Shown piece by piece: positions 25,582 through 35,733 of a DNA stretch of 64,000 nt. Origin of the DNA: an uncultured Muribaculaceae bacterium. GTDB taxonomy: Bacteria > Bacteroidota > Bacteroidia > Bacteroidales > Muribaculaceae. The stretch spans positions 19,837 to 83,836 of the forward strand of contig CAJUIW010000002.1 in the NCBI GenBank assembly GCA_910586895.1. Reading direction: 5' to 3'. Numbering within the stretch: the first letter of the stretch is position 1; each line of letters begins with the position of its first letter. The notes under the pieces were generated by a model that saw only the letters and a list, made by a program, of their open reading frames with translations, ran no database searches and had not been told where the DNA came from. The position numbers and the translations under genes were made by a program.

Positions 25582-28500
25582 TACTGCTTCTTGGTGGCAG
25601 CCTCGTAGAGGCTTTGTGAGCGTTCGATGTTCACACCCTTGGCCTGTATCTCCTCAAGGAGCTTGGCAGTGTCGCCACCGTCATTATGATATGTCTGTAT
25701 CATATCCATGAAGAAGTAGGTGTCAATGGCATGATCCGTGCGGGTCAGTGTGGCGTAGAGGCGGGGCGACAGGCTCTGGTAGTACTTGACATTGTCGGCA
25801 TATCGCAGTACCTCGTTGCGCAGTATCTCAAGGCCTTTCTCGGAAGCTTTCTTGTCGTTGGTGGCGACACCGATGCGGCAGTAGAGGTCGCCTGTGTCCT
25901 GCCCTACTGAAAGTGAGAGCGGCATTGCCTCAACAGGAAGCTTGGTAAGCATAAGGTCGAGTACCTCACGGGCTTTCTTGAAGCGGTCAGCCGCATAGTC
26001 GGCCGACGACGAATCGCGTGCGGCGATACCTTCGTTGAACAGAGCTGTGGCAAGGTCGAGCATTGCGCTGCGGTGGGTCACTACCATACGGCGCACGGTT
26101 TCATCAAGATATATCTGACCAGGTGCGGTGACTTTGTCAAGTCCTCCCCAGCGGAAGCGTTCGGTCATGTTGCGGTACATCTTGTCGGTGTTGACCGAGG
26201 GATAGCCCGAAGCGTTGAGTTTCGGAGTCACTTCATAGGTCAGACCTGTGTTGTGCATGTAGGGGCTGAGGCCTATGTAGTATTCATCCGGAACAGTTAT
26301 AGCGAAGTAAACCGGACGGTTCCAGCCGTTCTTGGCTGAAGATGCGAGCATGTCAAGTGCCAGGATGCTGCTCAGGCGGAGTCCGCGCTGTGCCATAACT
26401 CTATCATCGGCCAGCAGATTGAGGTCCATCGTGTCGGATGTCATGGCGGCATCCTCGGCGGTGATACGGCCGCTCTTCACTGCCTGCTGGAGATTGACAG
26501 GTATGTACATGTTGGGCTTCTGCACCAGGGGTGCGCCGAATATATGGTTGTTCTTGCCGGAATAGATCTCGGCAAGGCTCTCAAGCACGCTTGTGCGTGA
26601 GCTGTCCGGCTCGAAGAAGTAGGCGAACTGGAGGCGGTCATATGCATAGTCCGAAGGCTTGGCAAGCATATCTATGCCAGGAGCTTCATAAGAGGGCCGG
26701 CGCACCTGATCGGCATACCAGTCGGTGGTCAGATAGCTGAGGTTGACCACCTTGACATCTGTGCGAGTGCCTTCAACCTCCTGTGCATACCAGAGAGGGA
26801 ATGTGTCGTTGTCACCGTTGGTGAACACTATGGCGTTTTCGTCAAGGCTGTTCAGGTAGTTCTGTCCGAAGTCACGTGCGGTGTATCGTCCTGAGCGGTC
26901 ATGGTCGTCCCATGTCTGCGATACCACCTGCAGCGGAACCAGGATGCCTATGATAGCGGCTACTACAGCTCCTATGGCCGACATGCGGCGGCTGCGGGGT
27001 GTGGACGGTTCTTCGCTTGTGGCGTTGGTTGCGGTTGTCTTGCTCTTCTGCTTGGTGGCAGCCACGAACAGGCGCCACAGGCCAGCGACGCCCATACCTA
27101 CCCATATGGCATAGGCATAGAACGAACCTGCAAATGCGTAGTCACGTTCGCGCGGCTGGGTGGGAGTCTGGTTGAGGTAGAGCACAATGGCTATACCGGT
27201 CATGAAGAAGAGGAAGAATATTACCCAGAATTGCTCGATGCCGCGCTTTGAGGTGAATGCCTGCCAGAGGAGGCCTATGATACCGAGCAGAAGCGGGAGC
27301 ATGAAGAAAACGTTGTGGCCGGCGTTGCCTTTGCCCATTTCGTCAGGCAGAAGGCTCTGGTCGCCCAGTCGGGGATTGTCGATGAACGGAATGCCTGATA
27401 TCCAGTTGCCGTGGTTCACTTCACCATTGCCCTGGATGTCGTTCTGACGTCCGGCGAAGTTCCACATGAAGTAGCGCCAGTACATATGGTTGAGCTGATA
27501 AGTCACCAGATATGTAAGGTTCTCGGCCATAGTGGGCTTGATGCGTGTGGTGCGCTGGTAGACGTTGCCGTCGGGTGTCACATATTGGGTGGCTTCCACA
27601 GGCTTGCCGCGTAGTCCGCCTATCCATCCGGAATAGTCGGCGGCATGTGCGCTGGAATAGATGCGGGGGAACACCATGTTCAGCTCCGGCATCATTTCAT
27701 ACTCCTTTTTGTAGCCGGTGTTGATATACTTGTCGGGTTCTGACTCAGACTCTTTCACCTGACGGGCGTAGAGGGCGTGCCCTTCATGGACCACAGGTGT
27801 GGTAGTGCCGTCGGAACCAACTTCGTAGACAGGTGATGAGTTGAACGTTTCGCCGTAGAACAGCGGACGGTCGCCGTACTGCTCGCGGTTGAGGTATGAA
27901 CTGAGTGCGAATACATTGTCAGGGGCATTCTGATTCATCGGGGTGTGGGCGCTTGAGCGGATGAGCAGAAGCGCGTAGGATGAATAGCCGGCAAATATCA
28001 CCAGTATGCTGATGGCCACAAGGTTCAGTATACGTATCGGGAGCTTCTTGGCCATGAAGAGCCATGCTCCGAGTGCGGCCATGATAAGCAGCGGTATAAG
28101 CAGGTTGTCGCCGATGAAGGGTATGCCTGACAGCAGTACGCTGAGCAGGAATGACACGCGGATTGCAGTGACATTGCGCTGTGCATAGAGTGAGTGGATG
28201 CACCATATCAACGAGGCTACAAGCAGTGTGGCATAGATCAGTACGCCCACGTTGAATGACATGCCTAATACGTTGACACAGAACAGTTCGAAATACTGAG
28301 ACACCTCAATGAATCCGGGCACCAGTCCGTAAAGAATAAGTCCTACAATGACGAATGACACCAGCAGGGCTATCAGTGAGCCTTTGGCTGTGGTATTTTT
28401 CCATTTCTTGTAGTAGATGACCAGAACTATGGCCGGAATACAGAGCAGGTTGAGCAGGTGCACCGCGATTGAGATGCCTATGATGTAGGCTATGAATATC

Positions 28501-29036
28501 AGATACTTATCGCTGTGCGGACGGTCGCAACGGTTTTCCCACTTCAGTATAAGCCAGAATACCAGCGCCGTGCAGAATGAAGAGAATGCGTAAACCTCAC
28601 CCTCTACGGCTGAGAACCAGAATGTGTCGCTCCATGCGTACATCAGCGCGCCGCAAAGGCCCGAGCCGAATATGACAAGCATCCTTACGGGATTGATTTC
28701 GGTAGCGTCGTCGCTTACTATCAGCTTCTTTACCAGATGTGTTATGGTCCAGAACAGAAGCAGTATGGTGCCGGCGCTGAGCAGGGCTGACATGGTGTTG
28801 ACCATAAGGGCCACTTTCGTTACGTCGCCTCCGGCAAAATTGACGAAGAAGCGTCCGGCGAGCATGAATATCGGGTTGCCCGGGGGGTGGCCTACTTCAA
28901 GTTTGAACGCTTGTAGAATGAATTCCGGGCAGTCCCAGAAGCTTGCTGTCGGCTCAAGGGTGAGCAGATAGCTCACAGCAGCTATGATGAAGCATAGCCA
29001 GCCGAGCGAGTTGTTGATTATGTTATACTTTTTCAT
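25581..29036 (-). CDS. DUF2723 (TMEM260-like, GT-C-fold) large membrane protein
   Basis: 1151 aa. N-terminal FWDCPEFI motif, more than 10 TM segments, long soluble helical-repeat C-terminal half. Confidence 0.8.
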   Translation of the reverse strand: MKKYNIINNSLGWLCFIIAAVSYLLTLEPTASFWDCPEFILQAFKLEVGHPPGNPIFMLAGRFFVNFAGGDVTKVALMVNTMSALLSAGTILLLFWTITHLVKKLIVSDDATEINPVRMLVIFGSGLCGALMYAWSDTFWFSAVEGEVYAFSSFCTALVFWLILKWENRCDRPHSDKYLIFIAYIIGISIAVHLLNLLCIPAIVLVIYYKKWKNTTAKGSLIALLVSFVIVGLILYGLVPGFIEVSQYFELFCVNVLGMSFNVGVLIYATLLVASLIWCIHSLYAQRNVTAIRVSFLLSVLLSGIPFIGDNLLIPLLIMAALGAWLFMAKKLPIRILNLVAISILVIFAGYSSYALLLIRSSAHTPMNQNAPDNVFALSSYLNREQYGDRPLFYGETFNSSPVYEVGSDGTTTPVVHEGHALYARQVKESESEPDKYINTGYKKEYEMMPELNMVFPRIYSSAHAADYSGWIGGLRGKPVEATQYVTPDGNVYQRTTRIKPTMAENLTYLVTYQLNHMYWRYFMWNFAGRQNDIQGNGEVNHGNWISGIPFIDNPRLGDQSLLPDEMGKGNAGHNVFFMLPLLLGIIGLLWQAFTSKRGIEQFWVIFFLFFMTGIAIVLYLNQTPTQPRERDYAFAGSFYAYAIWVGMGVAGLWRLFVAATKQKSKTTATNATSEEPSTPRSRRMSAIGAVVAAIIGILVPLQVVSQTWDDHDRSGRYTARDFGQNYLNSLDENAIVFTNGDNDTFPLWYAQEVEGTRTDVKVVNLSYLTTDWYADQVRRPSYEAPGIDMLAKPSDYAYDRLQFAYFFEPDSSRTSVLESLAEIYSGKNNHIFGAPLVQKPNMYIPVNLQQAVKSGRITAEDAAMTSDTMDLNLLADDRVMAQRGLRLSSILALDMLASSAKNGWNRPVYFAITVPDEYYIGLSPYMHNTGLTYEVTPKLNASGYPSVNTDKMYRNMTERFRWGGLDKVTAPGQIYLDETVRRMVVTHRSAMLDLATALFNEGIAARDSSSADYAADRFKKAREVLDLMLTKLPVEAMPLSLSVGQDTGDLYCRIGVATNDKKASEKGLEILRNEVLRYADNVKYYQSLSPRLYATLTRTDHAIDTYFFMDMIQTYHNDGGDTAKLLEEIQAKGVNIERSQSLYEAATKKQ

Positions 29037-29094
29037 ATTGCATGATTGCGCGTCACAGAGTGGCTTTGCCGTCAGCCTATAACGCGGGCGGGTG

Positions 29095-29102
29095 CAAAGT
29101 TA
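29095..29102 (-). promoter_or_regulatory. -7 promoter box (TAacTTTG on minus strand) upstream of the DUF2723 gene
   Basis: The plus-strand CAAAGTTA lies 59 nt upstream of the ATG at 29036. Confidence 0.4.
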
Positions 29103-29159
29103 GCGTTTTCCACCGTATCTTAAACTTCAGATAATAAAAGTTAACACTTTATTTCTGAA

Positions 29160-29954
29160 TTATCGTGGGATGGGCCATCGGAACCGCTTCAGCTCGCTAC
29201 GCCAGAGGGTACCGTTGCCTCTGCAATAGGCATTGCAGAGCCTGTGGAACGCTGCGGAGTGGTTCATGTGGGTCAGATGCGCGAGTTCATGGCATATCAC
29301 GTACTGGCGCAGATGCGGCGGCAGGAATATCAGCGCTGCCGACAGGCGGATATGTCCGTACGACGAACATGACCCGAGTGTTTTTAGTCCTGAGCCTGTC
29401 GACCAGCCTGTTACCCTGCAGTTGAGCTCCTCGGCCGTTTTCATGGCATGCGGGATGATATGGGCTTTTGTGCCGGCAGCGGCTATACGCATTATGATGC
29501 GCATGATGGAGGCTGTCACTTCGGGGGTGTTGATGTCGAGACGATGGTCAACTGTTACGGTAATCACACCTATCGGGGCTCCGCGCAATATGCCGGCGGC
29601 TACTTTTGGCGTCCGCAGCTCTCCGATGCAGATTGCTATGCTGAATTCCGTGCAGTCTATGCAGGTGCCGTCGGCAAACGGCGAACGCCTCTCCCCTCCC
29701 CTCTCCGTCCGCGAGCGGTATTTTTCGACCAAGCGGTCCAGTATATCCGTCAGCTGCAAGCGTGGAGTGCCGGGCGGAAGGCTTACAAGCACCGCGCCTC
29801 CCGAGGCCGGGATGCGTGCGGTGATGCTGCGGGCGTTGCGGCGCACTGTCACCTTCACCTCCCCTAACGTGGGATGTGTGAGTGTCAGGGAGCTGTCTAT
29901 CTTCCCTTCAGAGGCACGTTGTCGGGTGAATATGCGGCTCAGTCGGAACCCCAC
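29160..29954 (-). CDS. YgjP/DUF45-like (SprT-like) zinc metallohydrolase
   Basis: C-terminal HELAHLTHMNHSAAFH motif typical of YgjP-like M48-clan proteins. Confidence 0.8.
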   Translation of the reverse strand: MGFRLSRIFTRQRASEGKIDSSLTLTHPTLGEVKVTVRRNARSITARIPASGGAVLVSLPPGTPRLQLTDILDRLVEKYRSRTERGGERRSPFADGTCIDCTEFSIAICIGELRTPKVAAGILRGAPIGVITVTVDHRLDINTPEVTASIMRIIMRIAAAGTKAHIIPHAMKTAEELNCRVTGWSTGSGLKTLGSCSSYGHIRLSAALIFLPPHLRQYVICHELAHLTHMNHSAAFHRLCNAYCRGNGTLWRSELKRFRWPIPR

Positions 29955-30808
29955 AGAAGTTTGGTGCGGATGGTGTTGATGAAAGTCTGCCCCGGACGGT
30001 GCACGACGTTTACCTCGTAGGGTGCGCGGCTGATATGCAGCGTGGCTCCTATGGGGAGTACCGTGGCCTTGCCGTCAACGCTGAGCAGATATGACTCCGA
30101 CCGGGCGCGTGCGGCGATGCGCAGTGTCGATGTGTCGCTTACCACAAGCGGGCGCATATTCAGTGCGTGAGGGGCTATCGGGGCTATTATCCAGCATGGT
30201 GTGCCGGGCTCAACGAGCGGCCCACCTACCGACAGATTGTAGCCGGAGCTGCCTGTGGGAGTGGACACTATCAGTCCGTCACCGCGGTATGATGCGAGCG
30301 GCTCCCCGTTGAGCGTGGCATCGACGGTAATCATGGAGGCTGTGTCGCGCCTCACTATGGCCGCTTCATTCAGGGCATAGAGCGTGTTGGGAAAAGACGG
30401 GTGGCTCGACTGTACCGCAAGGACCGAGCGGGGCTCTACGCGGAAGCGCCCTGAAAGGATGTCGGCTATCAGGCGCGGCCCTTCATCGAGGGTGGCTGCC
30501 GACAGATAGCCTAAATGTCCGGTGTTGATACCCATTATTGGTGTGCCGTGCTGCGAAACGAGCCGGCTTACGCGCAGGAATGTTCCGTCGCCCCCTATAC
30601 TGAGGGCCATATCGGCCGGAGGGGTGTCCGGCGTTATGACCTCGGCTTTAGGATCGAGTCCGAGCGATTCACGCAGATATGTGTTGAACCGGTGCTCGAT
30701 GGTGACACGCAGGGTGGCCGGATGTGAGGCCAGCTCATTGAGGAAATCGGCCAGCAACTGCGCGTGTGGCTCCTGATGACGGCTTCCATAAAGCGATACA
30801 GTAATCAT
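29939..30808 (-). CDS. nadK: NAD+ kinase
   Basis: 289 aa. GGDGTFL, NTGHLGYL, STPTGSSGYNLSVGGP motifs. Confidence 0.92.
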   Translation of the reverse strand: MITVSLYGSRHQEPHAQLLADFLNELASHPATLRVTIEHRFNTYLRESLGLDPKAEVITPDTPPADMALSIGGDGTFLRVSRLVSQHGTPIMGINTGHLGYLSAATLDEGPRLIADILSGRFRVEPRSVLAVQSSHPSFPNTLYALNEAAIVRRDTASMITVDATLNGEPLASYRGDGLIVSTPTGSSGYNLSVGGPLVEPGTPCWIIAPIAPHALNMRPLVVSDTSTLRIAARARSESYLLSVDGKATVLPIGATLHISRAPYEVNVVHRPGQTFINTIRTKLLWGSD

Positions 30809-31209
30809 ACGTTAAGATGTGCCATTAACTCGCTTATGCGGGCTATTGCGGTTTCGGTGACTTGTTGTTCGGCTGACGGTGTGTGGACGGCTGTCACGGT
30901 GTAGCCGTAGCGCTCAAGCGACCGTATTGCCGTCAGCGGGTTGCGGAGTCCTATGCGCAGCAGCACAGTCATCTCGCCGCTCTCAAGGGGGCACGAGGTG
31001 ATGTTCATGTTCAGCAGATGGGCGTCACAGTCCTCTATGGCGCGGGCTATGCGCGAGGCGCTGTAGTCGGCTCTGAAGCATGCAACGGTTATCTCGCAGC
31101 AATCCTCTACGGGCGGGAACAGGAATTCCTCGCTGTGCAGAGGCGAAACAGCCGCGCCCTGATGTATCGGGCCGCCATTATTGTCATATATGTTATCTTT
31201 TGCTGCCAA
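30805..31209 (-). CDS. hypothetical small protein (ACT-like fold suspected)
   Basis: ATGA-type overlap with nadK. No recognisable motif. The only start in frame at the 5' end is TTG. Confidence 0.45.
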   Translation of the reverse strand: MAAKDNIYDNNGGPIHQGAAVSPLHSEEFLFPPVEDCCEITVACFRADYSASRIARAIEDCDAHLLNMNITSCPLESGEMTVLLRIGLRNPLTAIRSLERYGYTVTAVHTPSAEQQVTETAIARISELMAHLNV

Positions 31210-31266
31210 TTCGTTTCAATTTTGTTTTTTTCTGCCTAATTTTGCGCTGAGGAATCTTTACATGTG

Positions 31267-31274
31267 CAAATGTA
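31267..31274 (-). promoter_or_regulatory. -7 promoter box (TAcaTTTG on minus strand) for the nadK operon
   Basis: Plus-strand CAAATGTA in the divergent intergenic region. Confidence 0.4.
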
Positions 31275-31332
31275 TAAATAATTCCTGATATATTATTAAC
31301 GCGTGGAGTTCCACGCTTGTTTTGTACAATAG

Positions 31333-32046
31333 ATGACTAATCTGAGTGTAAATATCAATAAAGTGGCCACTCTCCGTAATGCCCGCGGTGAAAACTGTCC
31401 GAATGTGGAGAAGTTTGCCACTGATTGTGAGATGATGGGGGCTCAGGGTATCACCGTCCATCCCCGTCCTGACGAGCGTCATATCCGTTACGCCGATGTC
31501 TATGCCCTGCGTCCGTTGGTGAAAACCGAGTTCAACATCGAAGGGTATCCGTCGCCTGAATTCATGGAACTTGTTCTCAAGGTACGCCCTGAGCAGGTGA
31601 CGCTTGTGCCGGACTCCCCTACTGACCTTACCTCCCACGGAGGCTGGGACGTGGAGGCCAACATGCAGTTTCTGACCGATATCGTCGACCGCCTGCGTGA
31701 GGCCGGTATCCGGTCATCGATTTTCGTGGAGGCCGATGTGGATGTGGTGCGCGCCGCCGCACGCACAGGAGCCGACCGCGTGGAGCTGTACACCAAGCCG
31801 TATGCCGACCGCTATTCCGAAAATCCCGAAGAGGCCGTGAAGCCCTTTGTGGCCGCCAGCGATGCAGCCCACCGCTGCGGACTCGGGGTGAATGCCGGCC
31901 ATGACCTGAATCTTGACAATCTGCATTTCTTCTACCAGCAGCTCCCCTATCTCAACGAGGTGTCGATAGGTCATGCCATAATCTCCGATGCGCTCTACTA
32001 CGGAATTGAGGAGACTATCCGGCTTTACCGCCAGTGCCTGAAATAA
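31333..32046 (+). CDS. pdxJ: pyridoxine 5'-phosphate synthase
   Basis: 237 aa. [32 protein letters not shown]-type and GHAII motifs. Confidence 0.93.
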   Translation: MTNLSVNINKVATLRNARGENCPNVEKFATDCEMMGAQGITVHPRPDERHIRYADVYALRPLVKTEFNIEGYPSPEFMELVLKVRPEQVTLVPDSPTDLTSHGGWDVEANMQFLTDIVDRLREAGIRSSIFVEADVDVVRAAARTGADRVELYTKPYADRYSENPEEAVKPFVAASDAAHRCGLGVNAGHDLNLDNLHFFYQQLPYLNEVSIGHAIISDALYYGIEETIRLYRQCLK

Positions 32047-32085
32047 CATTCTCACGTTTTATCCAATCAATATCTTCCCTTAAAA

Positions 32086-32826
32086 ATGATTCTTTCATTC
32101 ATCCAGACGGCCACAGGAGAGATGGCCGACACAATTACCTCCGTGGCGGACACATATACCGCTACAGTCGATAACGTTGTCACAGCCGCCGCTCCGGTAG
32201 CCAAGTCAATGTCAGTATGGGACCTCTGCATGCAGGGCGGTTTCATAATGATAGTGCTCGGTGTGCTGGTGCTGATAAGCGTATATATATTTGTGGAGCG
32301 CTTCTTCACCATCCGCTCCGCAGCCCGTGAGGACTCTACATTCATGCAGCGTATCAAGGATTATATACATGACGGTGAGATTGACTCGGCGCTCAACATG
32401 TGCCGACGTACCAACACCCCCTATGCACGTCTGATAGAGAAGGGTATCACCCGCATAGGCCGTCCGATGAACGATGTGCTGGTGGCCATTGAGAATGTGG
32501 GTAACATCGAGGTGGCCACACTCGGCAAGGGACTCCCCTGGCTCGCCACCACAGCCGCCGGTGCGCCTATGCTCGGCTTCCTCGGCACTGTGATAGGTAT
32601 GGTGGAGGCTTTCTACAATCTGGCAAGCGCCGGCAACAGCGCCAACATCGATATTCTGGCCGGAGGCATATATGAGGCCCTTGTCACCACTGTGGCCGGT
32701 CTGATAGTCGGTATCGTGGCTCTGTTTGCCTACAACTATCTCGTGGCCCGCATCAACGGTGTGATGAACTCTCTTGAGAGCAAAACCATGGAATTCATGG
32801 ACCTGCTTAACGAACCCGCAGCTTAA
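32086..32826 (+). CDS. exbB: MotA/TolQ/ExbB proton-channel family protein
   Basis: 246 aa. Three TM segments, conserved APMLGFLGTVIGM and EALVTTVAGL motifs. Confidence 0.88.
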   Translation: MILSFIQTATGEMADTITSVADTYTATVDNVVTAAAPVAKSMSVWDLCMQGGFIMIVLGVLVLISVYIFVERFFTIRSAAREDSTFMQRIKDYIHDGEIDSALNMCRRTNTPYARLIEKGITRIGRPMNDVLVAIENVGNIEVATLGKGLPWLATTAAGAPMLGFLGTVIGMVEAFYNLASAGNSANIDILAGGIYEALVTTVAGLIVGIVALFAYNYLVARINGVMNSLESKTMEFMDLLNEPAA

Positions 32827-32831
32827 ACGAT

Positions 32832-33293
32832 ATGGCGCTGAAACGACAATATGACATGACGTCGATATTCTCCATGGCTTCCATGACTGACGTCATATTT
32901 CTTCTGCTCATCTTCTTCATGGTGACGAGCACATTCGTATTCCCTACGGCTCTGGAGATAAATCTGCCGCAAAGCTCGGAGCAGACTGCCATAAAGCCCT
33001 CTACACGTGTCTACATTGACAAGCAGATGAATATGGCTGTGTCAATGTCAGGTTCTGAGGACGAGCCTGTTATGGTGGCCTCTACCGATGAACTGCTCGG
33101 CTATCTGCAGCAGGCGGCCGCTCAGGCCCCGGCTGACAGCACCGGCCTGACATCCGGCGTCATAGCTATCTATGCCGATGAGGAAGTGACGTATGGCAAG
33201 CTCGTGGAGGTGCTTGACCTCGGAGCTCGTAATAATCTGAAGATGGTGCTGGCCACCAAGCCTGCTCCATCATCGGCAATACCTGCGCAATGA
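32832..33293 (+). CDS. exbD: ExbD/TolR biopolymer transport protein
   Basis: 153 aa. MTDVIFLLLIFFMVTS TM segment with a periplasmic ExbD domain. Confidence 0.85.
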   Translation: MALKRQYDMTSIFSMASMTDVIFLLLIFFMVTSTFVFPTALEINLPQSSEQTAIKPSTRVYIDKQMNMAVSMSGSEDEPVMVASTDELLGYLQQAAAQAPADSTGLTSGVIAIYADEEVTYGKLVEVLDLGARNNLKMVLATKPAPSSAIPAQ

Positions 33294-34084
33294 ACAGAAA
33301 ATCACGTATAGCGGCGCTCTGCATCACTCTGCTTGTGGCTATCCTCACATGGGTGGTGCTGGTGTCCACATACCTCAATTTTACTCCGCTGTCCGAACGG
33401 TCGGCACATCAGTGGCCTCCGGTCGACTCGGCCGAACTGCTGTTTGCCGATGAATTTGTGGCGGCCGGAAATGTCACGGAGCCTGATGCTACCGACGATC
33501 CCGCTCCTGTGGCCGAAAGTGCTCCCGCTCCTGAGGCGCATGACATGGTGGATGCTGGTGAGAAGGCCGAAGTGGCACCTCCCGTGGTGACCACCAAGCA
33601 ACCGTCGCCGGCCAAGATTGTTGAGAAAAAGCCTGTGGAAAAGAAGAAGACAGGCCCAACAAAGGAGGAGCTTGCCGCAATAGCCAAGGCCAAGCAGGAG
33701 AAGGAGACATCGCAGAACATAAGCAACCGTGTGAACTTCGGCAAGAAAGCTGCCGGAGGAGAGGGGAGCGGCACCCCGGCATCGGCCTCTACATCTGACA
33801 ACAGCGGCTCACGTTCAGGTTCGGCGAGTGGAAAGCTCGGCGGACGTTCGCTTGAGCGTTGGGCAAAGCCATCGGCTACAGCTACAGGTACAATAGTGGT
33901 GACCGTGCGTGTCGATCGCGAAGGACGCGTCACAAGCGCTTCCTACAGCAGTGGAACCGGAGCGGTGGCCTCTCTTACCGCCGCACGCCGCAGCTGCGAG
34001 CAGGCGGCCTTGAAATCGCAATTTTCCGTTGCGCTTGACGGACCTGCCACTCAGGTAGGTACCATCACCTACCGATTCAAATAG
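33290..34084 (+). CDS. TonB-like energy-transducer protein
   Basis: N-terminal TM anchor, Pro/Ala/Lys/Glu-rich linker, C-terminal TonB-like domain (GTIVVTVRVDREGRV .. GTITYRF). ATGA overlap with exbD. Confidence 0.7.
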   Translation: MNRKSRIAALCITLLVAILTWVVLVSTYLNFTPLSERSAHQWPPVDSAELLFADEFVAAGNVTEPDATDDPAPVAESAPAPEAHDMVDAGEKAEVAPPVVTTKQPSPAKIVEKKPVEKKKTGPTKEELAAIAKAKQEKETSQNISNRVNFGKKAAGGEGSGTPASASTSDNSGSRSGSASGKLGGRSLERWAKPSATATGTIVVTVRVDREGRVTSASYSSGTGAVASLTAARRSCEQAALKSQFSVALDGPATQVGTITYRFK

Positions 34085-34117
34085 CGCCGGACAGATGACA
34101 ATACATAGAACAGATAT

Positions 34118-35662
34118 ATGAAGAAATCAATCATACCGGCCTTGGCATTTGCTCTGGCCGGTTTTTTTATGAATGCCGGGAATGTAGTGATTGTAGGGCG
34201 GAATATGCCTCAGGCTGACGGTGACCGTGTGGTATTGCTGAATGTGAGCGGTTATTTCTCACAGATGATAGGAAATGCGGAGGTGACCGGCGGCGAATTC
34301 CGTCTGGAGGCTGATTTTGACGATGATGAGCCGGTGCTGATGGAGCTGGTCTGTCCGGTGGAAGGGGTCGGTAGCCTGCGGAGGGAGCTGTCTGTGAGAT
34401 CGGATGCTTACATTGAGGTCGACGGGTCAACGGATCTGATTCCTCTGATGGCTGTGAAGAGCAATGTAGGGGAGCAGCGACTGCTTGACTCTCTGCTGCA
34501 TGAGTCGCGTGGCCTGATTGAACTGCAAAGCAGGCCGCGGATCAAGGCTTCGGCAGTACTTACCGATACCACTGCATCGGACGATGAGAAGCGCAAGGCG
34601 TATGCAATGCTTCGGCAGCTCGAAAAGTCGTCTGACAGTCTGCAATGTGAAGTGGATATACGCTATGCGCGTGCACTGATGGAGCTGCCGCACAGCAGCT
34701 TGTGGTTTGACCGTCTGGTGGCCATGAGCCGGCGTGAGAATATAAAGTCCGATTCATTACGCCGCAGTCTGCTGACAGGGATGTACAATACGCTTGACCA
34801 TGATGAGCGTGGCAGCGATATCGGGCAGATGGTTAGCACTTTTCTGTTTCCGCCCGTGATTATTGAGCAGGGTGATACGGTGCCCTCTACTGTATTCTAC
34901 GATATCGACGGTAGGAAGCATTCATTAGCTGAGTTTGCCGGAAAATGGATTCTGCTTGACTTCTGGTCAGGCTCATGCGGGCCCTGTATAGCCTCTTTTC
35001 CCGAACTCAGTGCAGTGGCCGCCGAACGTGCCGATTCGCTTGCTGTGGTAAGCCTGAGTATCGATATTGAGGACGCATGGGTGGAAGCCTCCAAAAGGCA
35101 TGGATTGACCGGTAATAACTGGAATGAAAAGATGGTGGATGCCGGAATATTCCAGAAGTTCGGATTCCGTCCGGTGCCTGACTATGTGCTGATTGCACCT
35201 GACGGAACGGTGAGGCGCAAATGGACCGGATATATGCAAGGGCATATACGCAGAAATCTGCATCAGCTCATGGACCGACGTCCTCAGGCGAAAGTCTCCA
35301 TCAAGGATAATCATCGGATAATCACTAATCCGGCATATGAATCCAACAACACGGAGGGGATTCTGGAGATTGAGGAGATAGATGTCAATGATAAGTCAAC
35401 GGTATTGACACTTCTGCTGGATTATGCCAAGGACAGGCCTTATATTATCTCTGATAAGGTTAAGTTGATAGCTCCTGACGGTACTGAATATTCACTGAGT
35501 GGAGCCGATGGGATTGAGCTGAATAAGCATAACTGGATTCATGAAGAGGGCAATGCACGCTTCCGTCTGGTGTTCCCGGCGTTGGCTCCTGGTACCGGGA
35601 GTATTGATTTTGTGTCAGGACGCAACTCGGCGACGGGTATTTCAGGAATTAAACTGAACTGA
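34118..35662 (+). CDS. TlpA/redoxin-family thiol-disulfide oxidoreductase with extra N- and C-terminal domains
   Basis: Signal peptide. Thioredoxin-fold core with WSGSCGPCIASFPEL (CxxC). Confidence 0.8.
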   Translation: MKKSIIPALAFALAGFFMNAGNVVIVGRNMPQADGDRVVLLNVSGYFSQMIGNAEVTGGEFRLEADFDDDEPVLMELVCPVEGVGSLRRELSVRSDAYIEVDGSTDLIPLMAVKSNVGEQRLLDSLLHESRGLIELQSRPRIKASAVLTDTTASDDEKRKAYAMLRQLEKSSDSLQCEVDIRYARALMELPHSSLWFDRLVAMSRRENIKSDSLRRSLLTGMYNTLDHDERGSDIGQMVSTFLFPPVIIEQGDTVPSTVFYDIDGRKHSLAEFAGKWILLDFWSGSCGPCIASFPELSAVAAERADSLAVVSLSIDIEDAWVEASKRHGLTGNNWNEKMVDAGIFQKFGFRPVPDYVLIAPDGTVRRKWTGYMQGHIRRNLHQLMDRRPQAKVSIKDNHRIITNPAYESNNTEGILEIEEIDVNDKSTVLTLLLDYAKDRPYIISDKVKLIAPDGTEYSLSGADGIELNKHNWIHEEGNARFRLVFPALAPGTGSIDFVSGRNSATGISGIKLN

Positions 35663-35677
35663 TCAGTATGTAAAATC

Positions 35678-35706
35678 AGAAAGCCCGGAGCATCTCCGGG
35701 CTTTCT
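35678..35706. terminator. bidirectional rho-independent terminator
   Basis: AGAAAGCCCGGAG-cat-CTCCGGGCTTTCT: perfect 13-bp stem between convergent genes. Confidence 0.75.
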
Positions 35707-35733
35707 TGCTTTGTATTGCTGGGGAAGTAAGGT

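Noticed and set aside
33500-33860. Low-complexity Pro/Ala/Lys/Glu/Ser-rich coding stretch that looks like a repeat region.
   Set aside because: It is explained by the flexible periplasm-spanning linker of the TonB-like protein. It is not a nucleotide-level tandem repeat.
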